Shown here one piece after another: positions 10,924 to 22,900 of a stretch of DNA of 64,000 nt. The stretch comes from Paraspadella gotoi (taxonomy: Eukaryota; Animalia; Chaetognatha). Within the stretch, counting starts at the first letter, position 1, and every line of letters begins with the position of its first letter. The stretch lies in the NCBI GenBank assembly GCA_051294375.1, contig CM119271.1, positions 738,721 through 802,720 of the forward strand, written 5' to 3'. The notes under the pieces are model-generated. The model had not been told where the DNA came from. It worked only from the letters and a program-made list of their open reading frames with translations, and did not search any database. The position numbers and the translations under genes are program-made.

Positions 10924-11495
10924 ACCCGTCTAATCAAAGACACAACATTAAAAATGTTCGTAAATTCGTTTCAAATTTCGACCAAGAACGTTATATATTT
11001 TCGTTGATCTCTGAATGTAAATTTTGGTGCCAAAAAGACCCACGTATATGCCATCCCGAAAACCAAGTGGTCAAATGCGTTTCGTTTCTCTTTTTACTTC
11101 TTCGGGTTCTCGCGGTCTTACCATCGCACTCATTGGTTTTTTTACGGTATTTTATATCGTCTCCCTATTCTTTGTTATGATAGGGTTGTTTTTTTTTAAA
11201 GTTGAATTTTAATTGCTGATTTAGTTTATTTTTATATTCGTAAGGCATCTATGAACTGACATAGCAGTATGAAATAAGTTGCAAAAACAGTAATAAAATT
11301 TCTGATCAATTTTTTCCCTAGATGTTAAGTCGCAATGGTTAATACCGCCTTTGGCCGAGCAATGTTTTTTTTTTGTTTTTTTTGTCTAAGCCAGTTTTTC
11401 CTCCACTTTCTGCATTTTTAGCGCGAACGATTCGCCTTTTGTTTTGACAAAAACTCGGGACGAAATTTTCACTTCTGCATCTTTTCCTCCGTCAA

Positions 11496-13037
11496 ATGAC
11501 TGCCCAGACGAGATTCGATGGTGATAGGTGGGTTGTGATTTTTTTTTTATATATGGGACATTGCAAAGGAGATTAGAGGACCTTTTATTTTTCTTTTTCT
11601 CATCTCTCACTTTCTCTCTCCCCAGGGAATTGGGCGCGGCGGAGATCGAATCCCTTAATCAAGACGTATTGAAAGACGTTTTGCGGGAAAAGAAAGAAAA
11701 TCCCCCCCAATTCAAGTTTGTTTTGAAAATAACTTTGTATTTTTGATTTATTTTATTTATTATTGATTATCAAATATTATTAAAATATAAAAACGAAAGA
11801 TCTGTTTGGGAGGAAGATCAAGCCGATCAAGGAACGGAGGTTTTCGACGAGGAGTCGGAGACGAATCCGGGGAAGCGGTTGCTGTGGGAAGCGGAGCACG
11901 GAGAGTTGGAGTCGGTACGTTAAATTTATTTTCTGAATGATAATTTTATTCTCATCAAGTTACTAACATAATGATTTGCTACCATAAAAGGTTAAGGCGA
12001 CGCTGACTTCTCATCCCGAAGTTTGTAACCATCGCGACTCGGACGGTTACACGCCGCTTCACAGGGCCTCCTACAATAATCACGCGGAAGTGAGTACGAT
12101 TTTCGGGGTAAGAGTGGTGGGTGAATAAACTACTTACCTTTTTTATTCTCTTTTTTTTCTATCTAGGTCGTTGATTCTCTCATCCTCGTCGGCGCCGACT
12201 TGACGGCCCGCACCAAGGAGGGTTGGACTCCCCTTCATTCGGCCTCCCGTTGGGGACACCACCTCGTCGTCGGTCGACTATTAAGGGCGGGAGCCGAAGT
12301 CAACGCCCAGTCAACCGGCAAACAGGCGCCGTTGCACGTGGCCTCCGTCAATCGGGAAGCGAGGAAAACCGTGCAGTTGTTGCTCGCACATCCGGGTTTG
12401 TCTTAATAATATCATTGTATGAGTTCGTTCATTTCGTTGCGTTTAAAATTAGGGTAAAGGAAGTAAAGTTTAATTGTAATTGCAAACAACGGCAGTTTTT
12501 GAGGCTTCATATTAGAAAATGATACGCCGTTTTTTCGAGCCGAGATTCGGTTCCAGAATAACTACGTGTCCAAATATGTTAAAATTTTATATGTTGAGGC
12601 GAAAAGAGTATATTGTGGACAAGGTTGCGTGTTACAGTTGTTCGTCCACAATATCACATTTTTAATAAAGGATATCTACTCGAAAACTTGTTTTATTTTA
12701 AAAAAATCAGAATGTTTCCAAATCTACATTGAATTTCTTTTCGGTAGATTTTTTCCTTTTTTTTAAGGTCAAATCGTTTAAAAGGCAATTTTTTGCCTCT
12801 AACTTTTTTTTTTGTTACTTCAAATGAAAAATGTCGAAAAGAATCATATTTAATATAGGCAATGCCCGACTACATATATACTGAATTTCTACTCTCTACT
12901 CTCTACTCCTTCAAGATATCGATCCGACGCTGCGCAACGGGGCGGACGAGACGGCAGCGACGATCAGTCGACGAACGGGCGGTCACTTCGATCTCTTCGA
13001 GTGCGTTGACGACTGCCTCTTGTGGACTGAGGACTGA
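11496..13037 (+). CDS. ANKRD49: Ankyrin repeat protein, ANKRD49-like (~228 aa, 6 exons)
   Basis: Exons 11496-11527, 11626-11715, 11800-11914, 11991-12089, 12167-12395 and 12916-13037 join in frame. Translation includes NPGKRLLWEAEHG, DSDGYTPLHRASYNNH, TKEGWTPLHSASRW, VNAQSTGKQAPLHVAS and ETAATISRRTG...LFECVD. AATAAA at 13064. The first two small exons are less certain. Confidence 0.82.
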
Positions 13038-13350
13038 AGGATAATCGACAAGCGGAGATTCTTAATAAAACTTGGATGCGTCATTTCCTGCCAAATTTGA
13101 GGATCCGAAATCGGAACGAATCTTACTGGATCGAAAAAAAAAAATTATACTATAAATAAGCTGGAACTCTCGTACTCATTTATTTTATAAATTAAAATAA
13201 ATATTTATAAACAACATAAAGCCTAACGTTGATTTTTGAGAAAAAAGTGATGACTTTTTACGAATCTCGTTGATCCACCGAAAGAGGAAAAAAAACCTGA
13301 GCCACCTTTAAGGCAACTCATAACCTCACCCGAACTCACCCACCGAACTG

Positions 13351-13889
13351 ATGGTGCTCTTCGTCGACCTCTCTCTCCCCCGCGGCGCCGTCTACCTCGC
13401 GGGCGAGGAAGTCCGCTGCATCGTCTCTCTCACCAATTCTTCGCGAGACCGTGTCGACGGCTCAGACGCCGCCGTTGGCGTTCCTTATCCTTCCGTCTCC
13501 GCCGCCGCCTCCGAAGACGACGACCCCGTCGCACCTTCGACGGACCCAACCTCCCCTCGCCCGGCCACCCCGTCCAAGCCTCTGCCCGACTCCGATCGTG
13601 TCGTCATCGCCTGGGCTTCGATCCAGATCCACGGACTCGCGGTCGTCGTCGACGCCAAGCCCTTTCGCCCTCCGGCGACTCGCCACGCTCCCTCCGAGAC
13701 GGAGGTCTCCTCCACTGCAGATCTCACCTCCTTCGCTCCCAACAAGGGCGAGAGGGGGCGGAGCTTCTACGCCTCCGAACCTAAAATCCTTTGCTGCGAG
13801 ATGCTCGTGGATGAGGAGGAGACGGTAGTGCTGGAGTATAGGGAGAAGCTGCCTTATCATCTCCCGCCTACTTTTAAAGGTGGGATGAC

Positions 13890-13944
<55 letters not shown>

Positions 13945-16900
13945 CACTCTCTCGTTTGAAAATTTGAAATACGTTCTCAGAATTAATATTTTTTTCACCT
14001 GTTGTTGAATTTGCTAGTACATAAGGTCAGCGTTTGAATTTTTTTCTCCCATCGTATAATCAGGCACTTTTTAGCTCACATACCATTTTCAGATAACTTA
14101 GTTCAGTTTATGAGCTAGTTTTTTCAGAAAATCTTTAATTATTAATTCGCGTTTTATAACAAAAAGGATCAAACGTCTTGAGCTACTTTTTTCGCTAAAT
14201 TTTTTTCTGTTTTCTTGGATCGAATCGCCAATCATGGAGTTGGAATCTCTCGACGCCGATCTAACTGGTAAACTTTTGGTAATAAAAAAAAATATTTAAA
14301 ACATAATAATAATGATTATTTAATAATGTAGACGACCACAAACAAACCGTGTCTTCGTCGACTTCTCGTTCCCGCTTCGCCTTCGAACGTCAGATCAAAT
14401 TCCTGTCGCCGCCGATCCCCGCGAGAAGCTTCGTCCGCCTTTGGAAGGAAGTCTTCTCTGCGGGCGGAACTGTCGTCAGGGTGTATCGGCTCGCGCCTTG
14501 GACGTTCATCGAATATCCGTCGGTGCGGAGAGTGTTTATTTTTCTTTTATTTCCTTTCTTTTCTTCCTCCTATTGTTATATTTATTTAATTTACCATTCT
14601 TCTCCTGTTTTTTATTGCCTACATTTTTTTCCTCTTTCCTTTCTCTCTTGTTTTATTTTTTATTTTTCCTTCCTCTCTTTCCTTCATTCCTTGTTTTATT
14701 ATTAATTTTTCCTACCTCTCTTTCCTTCATTCCTTGTTTTATTATTTATTTTTCCTTCCTCTCTTTCCTTCATTCCTTGTTTCTATCCTCTCTTCCCTTC
14801 CTCCATAAGGTGGAAGAGGCCGACGCTGCTTTCCAGGTGATGAAGGAAAAGAACGTGGTCGGTTCGCTCTACCGCACGAACGAGTTGGAACGCGCCCTCA
14901 AAGGGTTGGATCCTTTTGTACCGGTCGTCGAGTCGACGGAACCTCGTCGCAGGCGTCGCCCTGCTTTTCATAGGCAGCTCAAGTTTCTGACAAAGGATTG
15001 TGCAGACGCTTCGGATGAGGACGTTAAGGTTTTTTTACCGTTTGATTATTTTAATAATACCTTTTATTATTACGTAATAGCCTATATTTCCATTAAACTC
15101 CCCAATCCAGGGAATGTTTCATTCGGCCGGAATCGTGTCCGAGATCTTACGTCTAGGCCTCTGGACTTTCGTTCAGTTCAAATCGCCCGAAAAGGCCCGA
15201 GCCGCTCTTATTTCCATGAAGCAGCTCAACGAGGTTTGGAATCGAATTTGATTTGATTTGATTCGATCTTCCTCGCTTAACGTCCCCTTGCCCTCGTCAA
15301 CCAGGGCCCTCCTTCCATCAGAGAGACAAACGAGTTGACGCAATACTTGGGCCCTCCTCGGCACAACGCCTCCTCCAAGTTTGCCTTTCATCGTCAGTTG
15401 AAGTTGGAAAGGAGTAGCAATGAGAACGTGGAGGCGGAGGAGATCCAAAAGCAATTCGAGGCCGGAGGAACCGTTGATAAGGTCAGGTTCTCATGTCGGT
15501 CCGCCTCGCTAGATGGCGATCGTGGCGAAGCGGGCCTATATCGAATCGTCATTCCATAAAGGAATTTAGGATTTTTATCGTCGCAATCGCTTAGCGTTTG
15601 CGACGATATTGTAACACTTTTGCGCATAAGTAGCGTCGTTGTCGTCGTTGGCGTTCCAAATTATAGATCGCCTTTTTTATGATTAAATTTGGGTGTATTA
15701 AGCTGAAAATTTATATACAGCTTCTCATCATCGATGTGCTTAAAATTGAGTCTGGACAGATATTAAATATGTTTTATCAAAACAAACAAATTTTCTCTCT
15801 TTTATTTTTATATTTCTTTCTCTCTCTCTTTTCTCTTTTAATTACATGTCTCTCTCCCTCTCCCTTTACTCTAGTCACTGATTCATAAAGAAAGGGAAAA
15901 AAAACGAGTCTGCCGCTGGTTCTGCAGGGGCTTATTATTTTTCCTTCTTTTCTTCTGCTGCTTCTGCTGCTGCTTTTTGATTTCTCTCTCTGCAGGGGAC
16001 TCTTTCTTTTTCTCTCTTTTCTCCTGCTGCTTCTGCTGCTGCCTTTTTGATTTTTTTTCTGGGTGCCTCTGCTGCTGCCGCTGCTGATTCGTCTGAAAAC
16101 GATTTGGCTTTCTCTCTCTCTCTCTCTCTGATTAATTTTTTCCCTCTAAAAACTTTTATTATCGCCATTTATTCCCAAATTTACATCCAAGATTTTCGTG
16201 GATTTTTTTTTTAAATATTCTAAATATCAATCAGAATAATATTTTTTTTAATATATATTTACTTTATTTTTTTATTTTACTTTACTTCATTTTACTTCAC
16301 TTTAGTCTTTACTTCACTTGGTCAGTCTGATTCAAGTTTCACTTTGTCTTTTGTCTGGGAATGTTGACAGTGTTAAGAGAGGTCGCATTCGATCAAACTG
16401 CTCGCTTATCCGGGCTTAAAGTAAAACAAAAGTACCTTCAATAATGTCTCTCCAGACTTAGCAGTTGCTAAAAATTAAACTCGAAAATAAGGTTTTTTAC
16501 TTTTTTGTATTTATTATTCTTTTTTTTCCTTTTCCTTTTTGTTTATAAATTAATTTTAATTTTGATTTTTTTAGCATCAAAATTTGTCATCAATCCAGAT
16601 TTTTCTTATGCGATTGCGATTTTTTTTTAAAGGAAGGGGGCGTGGCAAACCGGTCGCAGATGGATCTTTGGGTGCTCATTTAGGAATTTTAACAATTTTT
16701 TTTTGCTATCTTTTTTGTTTGTCTTCTTTTGACCCTACTATTATTATGAATAGAATTAAACTATTATAACTTGACCTCATTTAAAGATTTACTCCCTCGG
16801 GCGATGGACTTTCGTCGAGTACCCCTCGACGGAAGAGGCCGAAGCCGCATTCAACATTCTTTCAAAGAAAGCGGAGTTGAAGAAGCTCTACAGGACGGAG

Positions 16901-19900
16901 GAGCTTGTTAAGGCCTTGCTTTCTCGGCGACGATCCAGGTGAGTGAGAGAGAGAAAAAGAGAGAGAGAGAGACTAACTACAGACTAACTGTAGTTAATTC
17001 GCCGTTTACAGACAATTGCGCATTTCCAAAATTAATCACAACGACGATGACAAGGAATTATTAGAGCAATGCCGGAGCCCCGACGCCGCGCCGGTCGAAG
17101 GTAGCTTTTTCCCTAAACGGGTCACTATTTCTTCGATATCTTAATGGGGAAATTCTATTTTTTTACCCCCGAAGATGGACTATTTTCCCCAACTCTCTGC
17201 TTTTTTTTATCTTGCCAGACGGGTGAATGCCCGACTTGGGCGAGATGTTAATTCGTTCCTGCTTCTTTTGACCGTAGTTATCGTTGTCGTTGTTATCACG
17301 CTGTTTTAATATTAGAAATAGCTCAAATGTGTAAACGTAGGAAGCTGAAAATTTAGATATGGTTTTTCATTATTGAGATCTTTTAAATTGTTATGTTTCA
17401 TATTCCTACTCTCATTTGTTTTATTTATTAAACAATTTTTGGCGATCCCGGAGTTGAATTTGTTCTGGAGGCTTATGGGAAAACGAAGAGAAAGAAGAGG
17501 AAAAAATAAAGTTCGTTTTTTTACGGAAAAAAAAATTTAAAACCGTAACAACAATGATATTAAAAACGTTTTTAACCTTGACGAGCTAAGGTAGAGCCAA
17601 ACTTCGTCAATGGGGTGGGTCAGAAGTTTGATTTGGGAACCTTTCCAAATGAAACTTCATACATTTCTGAGAAAACTTTCAATGGACCAAAATTTTATAA
17701 AATGGCTAGAAGCATTAGTAATTAATTTTTTAATATTTATTTATAGATAGGAAATGTCAAAAATTTTTTAAAAAATTTTTTATTTTTAAAAGCATATTCA
17801 AATAGCTTATAAAAAGTTATCTACACAAAGTATAATTTTTTTTCAATATTTTGATGATAAGTGGGTTTAAATTGAGAAAAACCTTAAAAAATCATCATCA
17901 TCATCATCATCCGATGATTCTAGCAGTTTTTAATAATTTTTAGTAATAAAACATCAAAATTTTTAAAAGTTGTAATTATATTTTTTACTTAACTTTTTAA
18001 GCTCTATCAGAATCAATTAAAAAAACTTAAAATATCCACAAAAATTTTTTGATATTATATAGCAATATAATAATATTAATTAGCGAATTACTCATGGTTC
18101 GGAACATTTTTGCAAAAAAATATTTTAACACAATAATTAATACCAATAATGGATTAGTTTAATGCTGTTCCCATTAAAATTTGAATTTGGTCGGCTCCCG
18201 CTAGCTAAGGATTTCTTTTTCATTCTTTAAGGGAACCCAGTGATCGAGGGGGGTCAGGGGGGTAAAAGGCTGATATCATAACGTTTGGTCCTTCAATCTC
18301 CCCTGATTCCAAAAATGTAGTTCTTTCTTCTCTCGTCCAATGGGAAAGTGGTCAAAAAATTCGATGTTGTCAGCTCGCCTATTTTTGTTTAAAAATTCGG
18401 TAAGGGGCAAATCTTTTCCAAGTTTCGATTTTTTTTTTCACGTAAAGATGGTATAGAATTTCTTTTTTATTTCCAACTTTACTCTAAAAATTAATTCTTG
18501 AAATCCGACAGTGACGACAACGAACATAACGAAAAAGACGAAAAAGACAAAAACCAATAGAATAGAGATGACGAAAACGACGGCGAAGACGAAAAAATGG
18601 ATAACAAAACAAAAACAACGACGAAACGTCGACGAAAATGATAACAAAGACGACAACAACAACAATGATGAAAGCCAACAACAGACAACAATAACGATGA
18701 CAAAAACGACAGCAAAGACGACGACGACGACAACGACGAAGAAGACGACAAAAACGAAGGCGAAAACGACGACGAAAATAAGGCGAAGACCATGACAAAA
18801 AAATATGACGAAATAAAAGACAACAAAGAGTACGGCAGCAAAAAAGAGAGAGAGAAAGAAAGAGAGAGAAAGAAAGAGAGAGTTTCAAATTTCTGCAAGC
18901 AGCGGGGATTTAGTTGACTGTTGATTCTCTCTCTCTTTCTCTCCTCTCTCTCTCTCTCTTTCTCCGACGTCAACAGATTCCAAAAGTACAGATTAATAAG
19001 TTAATCATTGACATTGTGATTGTGATTATGATGATGAAAACGACAAAAACAATAACAAAAAATACAGTGAATATGACGAAAAAAAAGTTGAGGAAAACAA
19101 CGACGAAGAGGAAGACAAAACCGACAACGAAAAGAACAAAAAGACGAAAACGACGACGAAGAGGAAGACAAAACCGACAACGAAAAAGACAAAGAAGACG
19201 AAAACGATGAAGACGAAAACGACGGTGAAGATGACGAAACGAATCATAAACACTGTCAATGATTTAGTTTTAATGTTTTAGGGTTGCTTCTTGTGGACGT
19301 CGTCGTCGTCGTCGTCTGTCACATGACCTAATAACGCGTTTTGATGGCAACGGAAACGTTACGTGTATAAAAAAAAATCAACTTGACCGAGATCACGCCG
19401 ATATAAACAAGAGTGACCTAATATTGCGTATCGTTGGCGGGAAAACTTTTCTCTCTCTCTCACTCTCTCTCCTTTCACACAAAAAACTGTCTAACAATTT
19501 ACAAATTATTTGACGCTGATGAAGGCTTGCATTCAAAGCAGAAACGTTTCGAAATGTTTCTTTGAAATTAAAATTCGTTGTAAACTGAAACCAAATTGCC
19601 TATCAATTTATTATAACGAGTGAGATAGAGATGAGAGAGAAGAAAAAACATAAAATTATGATAAAATCAACATGCCATTTCAATTTTATTATCAATTCAA
19701 TTTTGAAATTTTGCTGGTCGACTTTTGGAACTCAAATGATTCCAACAAAGACGAAGACGACGACGAACTCTTTGTACTCTGTACCCTTAGTGCCGTAGTA
19801 CTGTAGTGGTTTTTCTGTTTGAAAAATTGATTAAGAATTAAATGTTATTCATTCACTGTTTTACTAACTTTACAATAGCATTTCAGTGTCAAGAACGGCA

Positions 19901-22900
19901 GATTATAGTTGAAATTTGTCCAGTTTTTTCCGTACGATGTTGAGTTCATCACTTTCGTCTGGGCCACTTCGTAAGCTGATTATTTTTTTTTCTCAAAAAA
20001 CAAAAAAATTTTAAAAAAATCAGGAATGGATAAAAATTTAAGGTATGAAAAATTTTAATTCAAGTTTCTTTTAAAGTCAAATCATTAATTGGATCAAAGT
20101 ATAACCTCTAACATTAGTACAAGTATAAGAGAAGGGAAGCGCTCTTTATCTCTCCTAAAATTCAATCTGTTGTGAACAAGAGTCAAAGGAAACGAAAGAT
20201 ATTTCAGGGGTCATGACAAATGTTACCAAATGAAATAACATCCTTGTTTGAATTTTAAGAGGGATTTGGTTTTTTTTTCTGTACTTTCCTGTGCGTATCT
20301 GAAAAATACAATACCACCATTAAAATTCCTTTATTAAAGGAGCCCAGACGCAAGAATTCAGCTTTCTGCATTAAAAAATAAAAATTCGAAATTCATGGAA
20401 AAATGACTTCCCAAGTGAAAGTAAGAGAATGGAGGGTATCAGTATTTAGGGGAGATCAATTAAAACATTTTCTAATAAATATCTCGTCCTTGTTCGAATT
20501 GCAACAAGGAGATGGTAATTTTTTCTCCACTTTCCCGCGCGAAGAAAAATTAATGACTATCACCATTCGAATTCCTTTAATGATAGACCCTTAAGCTTAT
20601 GATAATCTTTTATCACGGGTCCCCTTAAAAAATTTAATTATAATATTTTTTTTTTTCATTGCCTTTGATAGATATTTACAAAATAAGTTATTTGTGATAA
20701 CCACGATCAGTTAATAATTCGGATATGTTTTGGTTTTTGTTTTTTGAACCTTCATCAACCAGTTTTAATAGTTTTAATAAATATTTTGATACTAACTTTG
20801 AAAGATAGAGGCAATTTTAACCTTGATATCTCTCACTCTCTCCGAATTATTAAATGACCATTGTAATCATAAATAAAAACTCTGTTACTTTGTAAATATT
20901 ATTATTATATTTTTTATAAATTTATTAATATTTAAATATTTTTTGAAATATTAAATTATTGTATACTTAAGCCGAAACTTTTAAATTTAACTCTAATTTA
21001 CCCTTAACTTACCCCTAACTTACCCTTAACCCTAACTTACCCCTAACCTTAACATAACCCTAACTTGCCCTTAACTTATTTTAACCCTAATTTATTTTTT
21101 TAGTTAACTTACATTTATTTTTAATTTATTCTTAACCATTATTTATTGTAACCTTAATTTTTACCCAAATATGTATTGGTTATACCAATTTCATATAACA
21201 AATATAAAAAAATATTAAAAAAAAATTATATCTGAATTCCTTTATTTTTTTTCCCGAAACGTTATCCTCTTCCGTTCCATTTCGTTCTTCTTTTTTCCGT
21301 TAATTCTTTAAGAAAAACCTTGCTCTTCGTTTTCCCATAAGCTTCCAGAGAGCATTGATTTCCAAGAATGCCCAATTTTTATATATATAGATGAGTTCAG
21401 CTCTGCAGCGCCTATCCAGCTGCGGTCCAGTTTTTTTGTTTTTTTCTCTTTCTTTTAATTATATATTGCTCTTTTTTTCCATCGCAGCTTCTTTTGATTC
21501 GTCTAAAAACGAGTTCGTTCTGCATAGGTTATCCAGCTTCTATCTTTTTTTATCTTTTTCTTTCTCTCTTTTACTCATTCACGCATTTGTTTGTTTTTAT
21601 TTATAATGAATGATTCATCGCGTCAATGAATAATTATCATCGCGTCAATGAATGATTATCATCGCATCAATGAATAATTATCAAATCAATGAATGATTTT
21701 TATCGGATCAATGAATGACTATCATAGCGTCAATCATTTAGTTATCGCATTAATATTTGGTTATCATCGCGTCAATATTTAGTTATCAATAATTATCAAT
21801 AATTATCAATAATTATTACATTAATCAATTGTTATCGCATTAATAATTCTTTTTTTTCGGATTTTTTTATTAATTTTCTTTGATAATAACGTCTGGCGAG
21901 ATCACTATACTTTAAGATTTTTGTTGTTATTATCCGTTTGTTTTGTAACTCCTTAATTCTTTCATTTAGCTTTCTCCTCTGGTAAGTGGACGTTTCTGGA
22001 GTTCGCGACGCCCGCGGACGCCGAGACAGTTTTTCACTACCTGCGCGACAACCAACTGTGCGAGGACGTGCAACGAACGGTCGAGCTGAAGAAAGTGAGT
22101 GGGGTTTACGGCTGGGGGAGTGTGTGAAAGAAATCCAAATCTGCATTGTAAACACGGTAAATCTGGTAAACTATGCTTGACGTGCATTGATCACAAAATA
22201 AGCTATTTTTTATGGCTTTTTTTAACCACCTCCTACTTGATCCTGGGTCAAGTCAAGTTCCATTTTAAAATCCCTATCGTTCTCTAATTTGTACTTTAGT
22301 GGCTTTCCACTCATCCACCCTCGCGCCCCGACAAGCCACAAATTTAATTCAAGACCGTCGAGGCGATGCGGACTCCGTCATAAAAAGGAGCCAGACTGTC
22401 GACCTCGAAATCTTCAGATCAGTTTTTAAGTCGCTAATGAATCAAATGAAAAACAATTTTTGATTATTCGACCTCACCAGTCACCACCTCCACATAACCC
22501 GGGGTTGATTGGTTCACTTGGAGTTCCCCTCCCTCGAGGACGCGATTCGAGGCTTTATCCGTTTTCTGGTGTCGGTGGAGGAGGTCCGCGAGCTTCGACT
22601 TATTCGAGAATCACAAAAAAATAATAAAATAAATAAAAAAATCTGTTAAAAAATCTAATAAAAAATCTTAGACTAAGATAATAAATTAAATGAATCCGAA
22701 TGGGGATCGAAAACCAAAATGAAAAAAAAATTGTCGTTAATGATTTTTTTTTTAGAGAGAGAGAACTTATGTTCGTCCTTTTCACATTTGTTTTTTCACT
22801 ACAACGATGAGTTGCAGTGTTTTTTTGGTTTTTTTTTGAGTGTTTTTTTCGGCGTTATTTATTCCTCGATGACTTTTGATTAGTTAGTTAGTTTGGTTAG

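Larger units (their letters stand above)
18231..20624. mobile_element. TTAA-TSD TIR element (Kolobok-like GG termini), family E
   Basis: TTAA|GGGAACCCAGTGAT ... ATCACGGGTCCCC|TTAA. The ends are homologous to 49316-50197. Confidence 0.75.
17209..21903. mobile_element. Helentron/DINE-1-like element, family C, with nested insertions
   Basis: Termini ATCTTGCCAGACG ... CGTCTGGCGAGAT, a (GTC)n tract and ATCATCGCGTCAATGAATG tandem repeats. A more compact copy is at 56228-57364. Confidence 0.65.

Noticed and set aside
14441-15256. 271-aa ORF with a long hydrophobic F/L/S stretch suggesting a membrane protein
   Set aside because: The hydrophobic part is the pyrimidine-rich tandem-repeat intron 14523-14809. 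Only 14810-15028 is a real exon of the nested RRM gene in this frame.
18438-19259. T/K-rich, F/V-rich and Cys/Arg-rich ORFs on both strands
   Set aside because: They are products of low-complexity repeats inside a TE, with no splice context or recognisable domain.
21605-21830. Regularly spaced short repeats (also 56943-57300 and 24313-24375) considered as CRISPR-like
   Set aside because: They have no unique spacers, sit in a eukaryotic context, and are tandem minisatellites within TEs or introns.
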